A program made the translations under genes and the position numbers. Positions 28,483-37,787 of a stretch of DNA of 64,000 nucleotides are shown in pieces (the first letter of the stretch is position 1; each line of letters starts with the position of its first letter). The DNA comes from a virus: positions 10,323-74,322 of the IMG/VR virus record IMGVR_UViG_3300037042_004000, one strand, 5' to 3'. The notes beneath the pieces were generated by a model. It searched no databases. It had not been told where the DNA came from and saw only the letters and a program-made list of their open reading frames with translations.

Positions 28483-30413
28483 TGGCAAGAACAGGTTTTC
28501 CACCAATTCCAGCATATCCTATAGGATTAGACACCGATAGGACTTTGTATCTGGTATACAATACAACAGAAAGCCAATTATCTGTTGATAATCAGGCTTG
28601 GTCTGAAAGTGTTGATATTACTCCTGTGGGTGCTGATGCATCTGAAATATGGGCTGAAAATGGATATGCCAATATTGATGGAGAACTTTTTTATTATGAT
28701 GCTGTAGATACAGATGTAAACGATAAAGTAAACAAACTTCTTAGATGTGCTAGAAATTTAGGTGGCACTCATACAAAATTTAATAAAGCTGGAATTTGGG
28801 TTAGAGGATTTGTGGTGGCAGAGCATCACAACCAATTAGTAGATACTTTGTTGTCTATTGAAGAATTTGTAGGAAAGATAAGTTCGGAAGATCCAGAAAC
28901 AATTGATTATCGCATTAGAAGATTAGAGAGGGAGCCAGAGTGTCTTGATGATTTTAAATGTGTAGACGTAGACTTCAAATTCGATGTTGTTTCTGAAATA
29001 ACTTTAACAAATCCTTGTGAATTGAATGTTGTTCCAATCTTATCTCCTTGTAAAGGAACAGAAGTAAATTATTCAATTGGTTTAAATGGTTCTTTTACAA
29101 GTTTTAGATTAGATTTTGGAGATGGAGATTGGACAACTGCTTTAAGCGGAACGCACACTTATCCGCCTAATACCACATTAGACCCAGTGATTACTGTTGT
29201 AAATGAACATTGTCAAGTAGTTCAAACTGCTAATTCTAGAGAAGCGAATACAATACCTAGTGCAGTACAACAAGTTACTCCTACTATACCATTAATTGAT
29301 ATACTTATTCCAGATATCATAATACCGTCGTTTACGTTACCAAGTGTTACACTTACTTTTCCACCAATTGTAACACAATGTATTAGCATACCAGATTTTG
29401 CTTCAGCTATTATTATTGATATAATTGGAGCCTTGCCAAGTATTATTGTTTTTGATAATTTACCAGATATTCCTAGTATTATTACATTTGGTGGAATAAC
29501 AGTGCCTAGCATTATTTCATTCGGGGCAGTTTACATTCCTGATACTATTACTTTTGGGGCGGTTGACATTCCTGATACTATTACTTTTGGGGCGGTTGAC
29601 ATTCCTGATACTATTACTTTTGGGGCGGTTGACATTCCTGATACGATTGAGTTTGTTGGTTATAGTCATATTCCTTCTCGTATTGAGTTCTATGGGACTG
29701 AATCTTTTAGTTTGATTCCGTCTAGAATTGTATTTAGCACTGCATGGTATGTGGCACCCGGCGGGAATCCTTGGTTTCCGTCTCTTGTTACCATTAGCGG
29801 ATTACAGGTTCCGTCTATAATTACTATGAGTTGGCTCGAACCGCCAACCATGTCAGTAGTAGTTACTTGTAGTGCTCCTGGTTCTATGTTAGGTCCAAAT
29901 CCTTCGCAAGATGGTTTTGAAGGAAATAACGTGGAAGTAGAAGTAGGAATACCATCAGAAATTAATCTAAGACATGATCTTCCAAGAGAATTGTTAGTTA
30001 AATCAGTAGGGATACCAGAAGATATAGAAATTGTTGGATTGGAGATACCAAAAGAAATTAGTATTGTTGGCAATATTCCTAAATCTATTTTCTTAGAACC
30101 AGTTAATATTCCATCTTCAATTAAGTTAGATGCATCTGATTTGCCAACAACAATTAAACTTGAAATGATTATGCCAATCATTAGTTTAGATGCATCTGGT
30201 CTACCTAGTACAATAAAAGTAGAAGGAATACCTGATACCATTGAAATAAAGGGATTTATTCCTAGTGTAATTGAATTAAGAGTGCCTGAAAATATGGAAG
30301 TTCCACTAGTTTATAAGGGCGGTCCCATACCAGTTCAGTTTGATATGAAAAATTTGACTGGTGAAGGACAAGATTTGCCGTGTTTCGCCATAATTCCATG
30401 TGCTAAAAAATAA
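28482..30413 (+). CDS. Fibre/appendage protein with PKD-like unit and IP(D/S)xI repeats
   Basis: AEHHN N-domain, DFGDG, long Ile/Pro repeat region. Confidence 0.75.
   Translation: MARTGFPPIPAYPIGLDTDRTLYLVYNTTESQLSVDNQAWSESVDITPVGADASEIWAENGYANIDGELFYYDAVDTDVNDKVNKLLRCARNLGGTHTKFNKAGIWVRGFVVAEHHNQLVDTLLSIEEFVGKISSEDPETIDYRIRRLEREPECLDDFKCVDVDFKFDVVSEITLTNPCELNVVPILSPCKGTEVNYSIGLNGSFTSFRLDFGDGDWTTALSGTHTYPPNTTLDPVITVVNEHCQVVQTANSREANTIPSAVQQVTPTIPLIDILIPDIIIPSFTLPSVTLTFPPIVTQCISIPDFASAIIIDIIGALPSIIVFDNLPDIPSIITFGGITVPSIISFGAVYIPDTITFGAVDIPDTITFGAVDIPDTITFGAVDIPDTIEFVGYSHIPSRIEFYGTESFSLIPSRIVFSTAWYVAPGGNPWFPSLVTISGLQVPSIITMSWLEPPTMSVVVTCSAPGSMLGPNPSQDGFEGNNVEVEVGIPSEINLRHDLPRELLVKSVGIPEDIEIVGLEIPKEISIVGNIPKSIFLEPVNIPSSIKLDASDLPTTIKLEMIMPIISLDASGLPSTIKVEGIPDTIEIKGFIPSVIELRVPENMEVPLVYKGGPIPVQFDMKNLTGEGQDLPCFAIIPCAKK
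29533..29644 (+). repeat. 33-bp in-frame tandem repeat, 3 copies plus partial (IPDTITFGAVD)
   Basis: ACATTCCTGATACTATTACTTTTGGGGCGGTTG repeated. Confidence 0.93.
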
Positions 30414-31270
30414 TGCGTATCAAAATACACAAGACTAGAAATCAATACATTTTAACAAATTCTAACATCTGGGTAAGAAATTTTTGTTTACCTGATGTGC
30501 CACCATTAGATATTAATCATTTAGTTAGTGAAAATGATTGTTCTCTTTTTCTTGAGAACGAAGTTTGTCATAGGAAGAAAGGAATCAATGAATTAGACTG
30601 GGGTAATTATAAACATGAAAATGTAATAATCGTATCTGATGGATATGAATTTGATTCAAAACAATTGATATTGGAAAAATTTAAGGAAAAAATTGCAGTT
30701 TTTGGAACGAATGGATCATTGTGTAAATGGGGTTATGCTGCCAAAGATAAAAGATACAAAAGGGCCATGACTTGGTATGTGGTAAATAATCCATATGCTG
30801 AAGCTAAACGATTTTTACCTAAACATGATTATTTTCCAAGATGTTTAGCAGCAGCAAGAGCAAATGCAGACTTTCTTAAATCTTATAAAGGACATAAGCA
30901 TCTTTATTTTCCTATAAAAGATAGGTTATATTCTGGACTTTCTCATGATTCTGGTGTTTATGTTGATGATTATAGAAATCCAATATGCGCTTCTATCTCT
31001 CTAGCATTTCGGGCTGGAGCTAAAAAGATACTATTGTTTTGTTGTGATAATTCTTTTGATAAAGAGCGTCCTGGAGCAGAAAGTTTAGAAAATGGTTTGT
31101 GGCAATATCCTCAACAAAACATATCCAATGAAATAATGGATGCTATGGGATATTGGTTAAAAAATGTGGGAATTATGATTGCAAATCATTCTTCTGGACC
31201 AAATTTTAAAAACATACAATATATAACAGCAGAAGAATGCATAGACTTTTTCAAGGACAATAATGGATGA
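30413..31270 (+). CDS. Maf/DUF115-like glycosyltransferase-fold protein
   Basis: VIIVSDG, FGTNG, SISLA...GAKKILLFCCD.SF pattern. Confidence 0.55.
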   Translation: MRIKIHKTRNQYILTNSNIWVRNFCLPDVPPLDINHLVSENDCSLFLENEVCHRKKGINELDWGNYKHENVIIVSDGYEFDSKQLILEKFKEKIAVFGTNGSLCKWGYAAKDKRYKRAMTWYVVNNPYAEAKRFLPKHDYFPRCLAAARANADFLKSYKGHKHLYFPIKDRLYSGLSHDSGVYVDDYRNPICASISLAFRAGAKKILLFCCDNSFDKERPGAESLENGLWQYPQQNISNEIMDAMGYWLKNVGIMIANHSSGPNFKNIQYITAEECIDFFKDNNG

Positions 31271-31556
31271 ACCAAAATTTTCATTAGATGATTTTAAACA
31301 TTGGATGAAAAATCAAAATGAATATGTTTATAAAATGTCAAAAAGCAATGTTTTAATTGGCATAATGGTAGAATCTAAATTCGCTTCTATGAGATTAAAA
31401 AACAAAATATTTCCAGAAGATGGCGATCTTTGTGAATTAGCCAAAGATTTTAAAGATGGTGGTGGCAAAATAATACATGTCGATGGAAAAAGTTTCTTGA
31501 TAGAAGTGAATTCTGGCACATTCTACATACCTAGACAATACGTCCGGAAGATTTAG
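31263..31556 (+). CDS. Hypothetical protein
   Basis: Coupled ORF; DFKHWM near N-terminus. Confidence 0.7.
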   Translation: MDEPKFSLDDFKHWMKNQNEYVYKMSKSNVLIGIMVESKFASMRLKNKIFPEDGDLCELAKDFKDGGGKIIHVDGKSFLIEVNSGTFYIPRQYVRKI

Positions 31557-31911
31557 TTCCTCTTTTTATCATAGTTTTCAAAGGTTTTAATGGTAGGTTA
31601 GCTACAATTGTTTGTGTTGGTTTTGTGAAATTTTTTGGTTGATGTATTAAATTTGCTTTTATTGGTAGATTTGAATATCCTTTTTTTATCAATTTTTCTC
31701 TTAGTTTATTAAAATTATCAGCACTTTCCAACCAAACTTCCCATAACATCCTATTTTCATGAACTGTACTGGAAATAGATTGAGCTAAATCTTCAGGTAA
31801 TCCTAATTTTTTTATATCGCTTACTGAGGTTCTGCCTATTTTATCCCCTTTAAAAGCCGTAAGAATTTTGATCCCTTTTTTGTCTCGTCTCGCTAAGTAT
31901 AGATAAATCAT
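31531..31911 (-). CDS. Basic hypothetical protein
   Basis: GAGG SD before MIYLYL. Confidence 0.65.
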   Translation of the reverse strand: MIYLYLARRDKKGIKILTAFKGDKIGRTSVSDIKKLGLPEDLAQSISSTVHENRMLWEVWLESADNFNKLREKLIKKGYSNLPIKANLIHQPKNFTKPTQTIVANLPLKPLKTMIKRGTKSSGRIV

Positions 31912-32047
31912 TTTTATCCTCATAATATGTTTCAAAAATTGTTTCTAAAACTAACTTAGTATATGAATCCATTGTTCCAAATTGTTGAAACATGGATTTT
32001 ATAGTATCTTCCATTAGTTTAGCATCTTCTAAATCGGAGGTTTTCAT

Positions 32048-32668
32048 TTGCTGCCATATCCTCAATATGTTGAAATTAAAGATAAATATTGTTTAGCCTA
32101 TTCAGGTAATTGTAATGAGTACATAGTCCAACTATTGTATTTATTAAACGCAATTGAAAAAGAGTTGCCAGGAATTAAAATTTATGTTGCTTGTAAAAAA
32201 GAATTGTTGTATTTAGCTGGTAAATTTAATACAGATAGATTGGTGTCATTAGATTTAATTAATGATTTTGGTAAAATTTTTGCTTATACTAGAATTTTAA
32301 ATTGCGATTTAAAAAGTCATCCTATTTTACAATTATTAGAAGAATCTAATTTAACACTATCTTTTTTAGAATCTGTTGTTCCTATATCAGAAACTAGAAA
32401 ATGTGTCATTTCTCCAAAGGGACTTTTGCCTACAAAATCTTTGGAATACAATGTAATAAATCAATTAAAGGAAATGGCTAGTTCTGAGGGGTATGATGTT
32501 GAAATTGGTGATGATATAAGTGGTGCTGGTTGGGTTATTGGTGTAGAAAATATGGCATTATTTCTAGCCGCAATTAATGGAATAAGAACGACTTTGGTGC
32601 CAACAGGAGTTGGGACAGAATTTTATAAGAAATTATTTCCAAAAAATGAAGTTTTGATGCATATATAA
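32048..32668 (+). CDS. Degenerate GT-B (family 9-like) fold protein
   Basis: TTG start after GGAGG; AI...PGIKI, P.G....KS, VIGVEN..LFLAA..G..T pattern. Confidence 0.55.
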   Translation: MLPYPQYVEIKDKYCLAYSGNCNEYIVQLLYLLNAIEKELPGIKIYVACKKELLYLAGKFNTDRLVSLDLINDFGKIFAYTRILNCDLKSHPILQLLEESNLTLSFLESVVPISETRKCVISPKGLLPTKSLEYNVINQLKEMASSEGYDVEIGDDISGAGWVIGVENMALFLAAINGIRTTLVPTGVGTEFYKKLFPKNEVLMHI

Positions 32669-32716
32669 TTTTGAGATTGATTGTTAAAACAATTTTATAT
32701 AATTGAGGAGATAAAA

Positions 32717-33307
32717 ATGAGCGTATTTAGAGTAGCCCTTAACAACACAGCCCAGGGTTTAATGGACAATACTTATGAGACAGGTCATGGTGTCCAGGCT
32801 GTTCCTAGTATTCAGAGAACCGTTTATATCATGGGACCAAATAAGATTAATCGAGAATTGGCCGATGGTGAAACGTTTACCGATTGCAACTACTATAAGA
32901 GATTTTGCTATCCACAAGTAGCCTTGAGTGAGGCAATTTTGACGTTGGTAACGGATGATGGTAGCGTATGGTCGGATGTTGAATCTGAAAACACTTATCC
33001 ATTAGTTTACACTTTGACATGTCTTAGTGGCACCACTTACACTGACGCTGCTAATATAGCTGATATTGCTGGTGACACTGGTGGGTATGCGGTATTCTGT
33101 CAGATTACTAATACTGGTGCTAACGATGTTCAAGTTAGGCTCAACGGCGCTGCAACTGCTATCTTCACATTGGAAGATGGTACAAGCCAAGCGTTTAATG
33201 CTGGTGACTTGTCGGTAACTAAAGTTGAAGTAAGCAATAGTGCTTCTGGCGCTGCTACATGTGTTGTTGAAGTTTTGTGCTCGGTTAAGTCCGTAGCCAA
33301 TAGTTAA
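32717..33307 (+). CDS. Probable abundant virion structural protein
   Basis: Own TATATA motif, GAGGAG SD and terminator; Thr/Ala/Val-rich. Confidence 0.7.
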   Translation: MSVFRVALNNTAQGLMDNTYETGHGVQAVPSIQRTVYIMGPNKINRELADGETFTDCNYYKRFCYPQVALSEAILTLVTDDGSVWSDVESENTYPLVYTLTCLSGTTYTDAANIADIAGDTGGYAVFCQITNTGANDVQVRLNGAATAIFTLEDGTSQAFNAGDLSVTKVEVSNSASGAATCVVEVLCSVKSVANS

Positions 33308-33326
33308 TAACTATTTAAGTTGATGT

Positions 33327-33367
33327 AAAAAAAGGCTTGTTAATTCATTTAACAAGCCTTTTTTTTT
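33327..33367 (+). terminator. Rho-independent terminator
   Basis: AAGGCTTGTTAA-TTCAT-TTAACAAGCCTT plus T run. Confidence 0.88.
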
Positions 33368-33390
33368 GTTGTTTCACACTAAATTAGGAT

Positions 33391-34395
33391 ATGTTTCTTA
33401 AGGGCATAAAAACAAAACGCACTAAATTTAAAACACCAAGTACATTGACTTTAAGACAATTTTACGAAAGAAGAAACAAAGTATTAATTTTGCGAGAAAC
33501 AGGGGGATTGGGTGACCTTTTAATGCATCGTATGATGTTTGAGGATTTTAAAAAATTGTGTCCAGAGATTGAAATGCATTTTGCTTGTTTGCCACAATAC
33601 CACACCGCTCTTAAAGATCATCCATTTATTGATAAGGTTTTAAATTCTAAAGAAGTTGAACCAAAAGATTATATTAACTATCATATTACAACATGTGCCT
33701 GTACAAGATATGAAATGTCAAGAATCCCTTTTTCTGGTCTTAACAGAAGTGATATTTGGGCTAATCATTGCGGTGTTAAATTAACAGAACACGATGCTCA
33801 TATCAATGTTTCTAAAGATTGTGTTCAATTTAGTAAAGAAAGCATAGAAAAGATTAGGAATGGCCACACTGGTCCAGGTGTTTTATTGTGTCCAATTTCT
33901 GCTATGGTTGTAAAAAATTTAACAAAGTTACAATTAGAGGGGGTTGTTAAAGGTTTGCGAAAAAGAGGTTGTTTTGTATATGCTTGTCATACTACACCAA
34001 TTCAAGATTTAGCAGGATTGGATGTTCCTATATTTACACAAATGACTTATCCAAAAATGTTTGGATTAATACAAGAGAGCGATTATGTTGTTTCTGTTGA
34101 TACAGGACAATTTCATTTAGCCGGGATGTTAAAACGGCCATTAACTGGTATTTTTACTTTTTGTGACGGGAAAGTTTACTCAAGACACTATGAAGCAGAG
34201 TTGGTTCAAAAACACAGAGATAATGGGGATTGGGATTGTGGTCCTTGTTATAATTGGGCAAATTGTGAAATATCTAAAATTGTTCCAAAACCTTGTTTGA
34301 CGGAAATAACGGTGGATATGATATTAGATGGTATTGATAGAATGTTTAAAAGATGGCCGCATCCACACTATTATATAGATAATGGGCAGTCGTAG
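33391..34395 (+). CDS. Glycosyltransferase family 9 (heptosyltransferase-like)
   Basis: GGLGDLL, HPFID, VSVDTGQFHLAG, CGPCY...C motifs. Confidence 0.88.
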   Translation: MFLKGIKTKRTKFKTPSTLTLRQFYERRNKVLILRETGGLGDLLMHRMMFEDFKKLCPEIEMHFACLPQYHTALKDHPFIDKVLNSKEVEPKDYINYHITTCACTRYEMSRIPFSGLNRSDIWANHCGVKLTEHDAHINVSKDCVQFSKESIEKIRNGHTGPGVLLCPISAMVVKNLTKLQLEGVVKGLRKRGCFVYACHTTPIQDLAGLDVPIFTQMTYPKMFGLIQESDYVVSVDTGQFHLAGMLKRPLTGIFTFCDGKVYSRHYEAELVQKHRDNGDWDCGPCYNWANCEISKIVPKPCLTEITVDMILDGIDRMFKRWPHPHYYIDNGQS

Positions 34396-34606
34396 TAGCA
34401 AAAATCAGGTTCAAATAATTACTCGTGATGGAGAAGTCAAAATTAAACTGGAAATTGACATCAATATCAATGGTGGCGATATTACTGTGAAAGCTGCCCA
34501 AGGAGGAGGAGACCGATTGGAAGAGAAAGAAGAAAATATCTGGGCTATTCCAGACTTTACAAGCTTAGAAAAAATTAATTTTGGTAAAGAAGTGAAAGGA
34601 GAATAA
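34382..34606 (+). CDS. Small hypothetical protein upstream of actin homologue
   Basis: TATATA 4 nt upstream; 1 nt gap to next gene. Confidence 0.7.
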   Translation: MGSRSSKNQVQIITRDGEVKIKLEIDININGGDITVKAAQGGGDRLEEKEENIWAIPDFTSLEKINFGKEVKGE

Positions 34607-34607
34607 G

Positions 34608-35618
34608 ATGGGATATTTGGGTGTCGATTGTGGAACATATAATTTAGTAACATGTCGTAGAGATAAAGAAGATAACTTTGTATACAAAAAAGAGATTAAT
34701 GCCTTTATTGAAGTGCCATTGGAAACAGATTTTGTATTCAACATGATGAAAAAAGCAGGAGTTCCATTAATTGAAAGACGTGAGGCTAAAATAGCATATG
34801 CGTTGGGTGAAGCTGCTATAAATATGGCATATACCATGAACCTGGATTTAAAACGTCCTATGAGTCATGGGTGTTTGAATCCCAAAGAAAAACATGCACA
34901 ACAGATAATGAGTATTATGATTCATAGTTTGATTGGTGATTTGTCAGATCAAAATGAAACAGTTTACTATTCTACTCCTGCCAATGCAATTAATGAAGAA
35001 ACTGATGCTGATTATCATACTAAAGTTCTAGAAGCTATTTTTAAAGGATATGAGGATTCTAAAGGAAACAAAATTAAACCATTCCCAATTAATGAGGGAT
35101 TGGCCGTGATTTATGCAGAGTTGCAAGATAAGAATTTTACGGGCGTTGGAATTTCATTCGGGTCCGGGATGATAAATATTTGTTTCTCCATTTTTGCAAA
35201 TCCTGCATTCAAATTCTCTCTCGTCAACTCCGGGGATTGGATAGATCGACAAGCAGCCAAGGCTACTGGAGAATCTCCTACTTTTATCAACAAAGAAAAA
35301 ACCAAAATTGATTTTACCCAACAAAGTGATAGTTTGGTCGATAGAGCAATTAAAACACAATACGAAATTATGATGCAAAAAACTGTTACTGGCATCAAAC
35401 AAGGTTTAGAGCAAACTGGTAGTAAAGCAAGAACAGACCATCCTATTGATATCGTTATTGCTGGCGGAACTAGTTTACCTAATGGATTTGACACCATGTT
35501 TGCAGATGTTCTAAAGAAAGCTAATTTACCTATTAAATTAGGAAATGTTATTAGACCAAAAGATCCGTTATTTAGTGTGGCCAAAGGCACGCTAATAGCG
35601 GCAGAAAATTCAATATAG
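34608..35618 (+). CDS. Actin-fold ATPase, volactin-like
   Basis: GVDCGT, PINEGLAVIY, GISFGSGM, GDWID, IAGGTS, VAKG. Confidence 0.88.
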   Translation: MGYLGVDCGTYNLVTCRRDKEDNFVYKKEINAFIEVPLETDFVFNMMKKAGVPLIERREAKIAYALGEAAINMAYTMNLDLKRPMSHGCLNPKEKHAQQIMSIMIHSLIGDLSDQNETVYYSTPANAINEETDADYHTKVLEAIFKGYEDSKGNKIKPFPINEGLAVIYAELQDKNFTGVGISFGSGMINICFSIFANPAFKFSLVNSGDWIDRQAAKATGESPTFINKEKTKIDFTQQSDSLVDRAIKTQYEIMMQKTVTGIKQGLEQTGSKARTDHPIDIVIAGGTSLPNGFDTMFADVLKKANLPIKLGNVIRPKDPLFSVAKGTLIAAENSI

Positions 35619-35627
35619 GAGAAAGAA

Positions 35628-36218
35628 ATGGACGATCATGAATTAAAGCAAGTTTTAAGGAAAGAGAAATATTATCCTTTTTTAGCAGCGTTGAGAAAAA
35701 ATGAGCAAATATCTTTGCCGTCATTGCCACATTTTACTGTTGATAAAGAATATGAAATCTATGAAGAGCGATTAACAGGGCTTGGTGTGCCAGGCGAATG
35801 GCCTAGTAGGATGTCCTACGTTGTTAAAAATAATATAGGAAAAACTACTATTGTTCCTATTGGCTATTTTACACCTATTGTAAATTTGAGTCATGAAGTG
35901 GAAGATTGTACAGAAAATATTCGTGAAATACATAAAACCAAAGGATGCAATCCTTCTGGAATTCCTGATATTATTTGGGATTACAAGAAGTGTTTAAGAG
36001 AGGCAAAAAATTATTTAATTTTAGCAGGAGTTGAATCTGATTATTTAATTTTAGCAGAAGTTGAAGCTGATAATAATTTTGAGGATTTAAAGTCTAGTTC
36101 CAGCAGTAGTTCAAAGTCTAGTTCTAGTAGTAGTTCAAAGTCTAGTTCTAGTAGTAGTTCAAAACTTCAATTGGACAATTTGGCTACTGCTATTGCTGAT
36201 TTACGGGAAAGAATTTAA
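35628..36218 (+). CDS. Hypothetical protein with Ser-rich repeats
   Basis: AGGAG SD; (KS7)x3. Confidence 0.65.
   Translation: MDDHELKQVLRKEKYYPFLAALRKNEQISLPSLPHFTVDKEYEIYEERLTGLGVPGEWPSRMSYVVKNNIGKTTIVPIGYFTPIVNLSHEVEDCTENIREIHKTKGCNPSGIPDIIWDYKKCLREAKNYLILAGVESDYLILAEVEADNNFEDLKSSSSSSSKSSSSSSSKSSSSSSSKLQLDNLATAIADLRERI
36090..36161 (+). repeat. 24-bp tandem repeat x3
   Basis: AAGTCTAGTTCYAGYAGTAGTTCA. Confidence 0.9.
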
Positions 36219-36490
36219 TGAAAGAAGGAGAAAAAATGGAAAAGAAAAAAGAAAGTATGCAACCAATGGTTCAAAAAGATGTATCAGATTTGGGAGCGGG
36301 TGCTTACCTTTTGATGCTAGGATATAAGGTAATAGGCAGAAAGGGCAAATCTATTATATTTGAGGTAGAAGAGACTGGTAGTAGGGAATTTGAACAAAAT
36401 ACCCTAGAATATCTTTCTAGTGATTTTCATAGATTTGATTCATGCCTCATGTCCCTTAAGAAAATTAATGAATATATGCCTGATAGATAG
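36218..36490 (+). CDS. DUF5659-like small protein
   Basis: SDLGAGAYL..LGY.......FE pattern. Confidence 0.55.
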   Translation: MKEGEKMEKKKESMQPMVQKDVSDLGAGAYLLMLGYKVIGRKGKSIIFEVEETGSREFEQNTLEYLSSDFHRFDSCLMSLKKINEYMPDR

Positions 36491-36512
36491 TGAAGTAATT
36501 CATATATAAGTT

Positions 36513-37787
36513 ATGGATACAAAAGATATTAAAGTTGCAATGGACAAAATAGAGGCTGATTTTGCTTCTGAGATTTCGCAACTTTTCGACGCTTTAAAAA
36601 TTAAACTTAATAATATTCAATCGCCGGTTCAACCTACACCTCCTACACAAACACAGGTTGAACCGGCGTCTCCTATTGAACAACCACAAGTAAATCCTAA
36701 TTGGAAAATGCCAACTTGGTGGGACACATTCAGACAACATGGTGCCATTGGTGTAGGTAAAAGAATTTGGAGAGGAACTAATCCTCATGATGACAATGTT
36801 TGGTCACGTATAAATAAAGAATCATTTTTGCCATCTTTAGAAGATTATCTTATGATTGAAAGAGAATCAATTAATTTGGTTAATGAGTTCTTCCAATTAA
36901 ATGAGGCAATAAGCCCAGAAATAGCTAGAATATTAGATGCTTTTAAAGCACAAGTTATTAAGGTTGTAAAAAGAACTGGTTTTAAGATATTTAAATTGGG
37001 TCGTTTGGTTAAACCAGTTGAACAATCGCCAGTTGAACAACCGCCAGTTGAACAACCAACTACAAACATGCCTTCAGAACCAATTGTGGCCATGCCTGGC
37101 AGAAGTCCTTTTGTAACAGCATCTACCGAAGACCCAGAAGAACCAAAACCTGAACCCGAAGAACCTAATATACCACTATCAAATGAGCCAGAACAAATTC
37201 TTAAAAATTACGGGCTTAAGGCAATGCAAATTCGGGCTATAAAAAGCAGGGGAGAAGATGCCTTGTCTAAAGCAGCAGATTTTGTTACAAAAGCTAAATC
37301 AGCACAAAATGAAGCAGAATTTGCTGAAGCAGTTTTAGGAGAAACTTACAAGACATTACTTAAAAAAGGATATAGTCCACAAAAATGGTTTAAGAAAGAC
37401 CAATTGCCGCATATTGAATTTGTAGATCATCAAGACCCTGATGCAGAAGAAGCTTTAGCGGATATCTGTGTCGCTTTAAAAAGAGGAGATCTATTTAAAA
37501 TTATTGTAGAACCGAAAGAAAAGGGAGAGGTTCAAAAGAATATGATGTCATTAATGCCTGGCCCAGGGGTCTTTTATAAGGATAAGGCACGGGTATTTGA
37601 TGAATTGAAAAAAGCTCTTGGTAGCGAAAAAGATGCTGAAGTAGAACAGTATTTAGATAATAAAATATCGCAAAGATTTCCTGCTAATAGTGTTGTAGAT
37701 AAGGCTCAAAAAGAATCTGGAAGACGATCTAATTATGCAAATAGATCAAAAAGTCTATTTGATAAATTTGGCGAACCAAATTATTAA
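36513..37787 (+). CDS. Hypothetical Pro/Glu-rich protein, putative internal head protein
   Basis: CATATATAAG upstream; PVEQ repeats; LNEA site. Confidence 0.7.
   Translation: MDTKDIKVAMDKIEADFASEISQLFDALKIKLNNIQSPVQPTPPTQTQVEPASPIEQPQVNPNWKMPTWWDTFRQHGAIGVGKRIWRGTNPHDDNVWSRINKESFLPSLEDYLMIERESINLVNEFFQLNEAISPEIARILDAFKAQVIKVVKRTGFKIFKLGRLVKPVEQSPVEQPPVEQPTTNMPSEPIVAMPGRSPFVTASTEDPEEPKPEPEEPNIPLSNEPEQILKNYGLKAMQIRAIKSRGEDALSKAADFVTKAKSAQNEAEFAEAVLGETYKTLLKKGYSPQKWFKKDQLPHIEFVDHQDPDAEEALADICVALKRGDLFKIIVEPKEKGEVQKNMMSLMPGPGVFYKDKARVFDELKKALGSEKDAEVEQYLDNKISQRFPANSVVDKAQKESGRRSNYANRSKSLFDKFGEPNY

Noticed and set aside
31850-32065. Minus-strand 71-aa ORF
   Set aside because: Overlaps both neighbours and its start is unclear; cannot be supported
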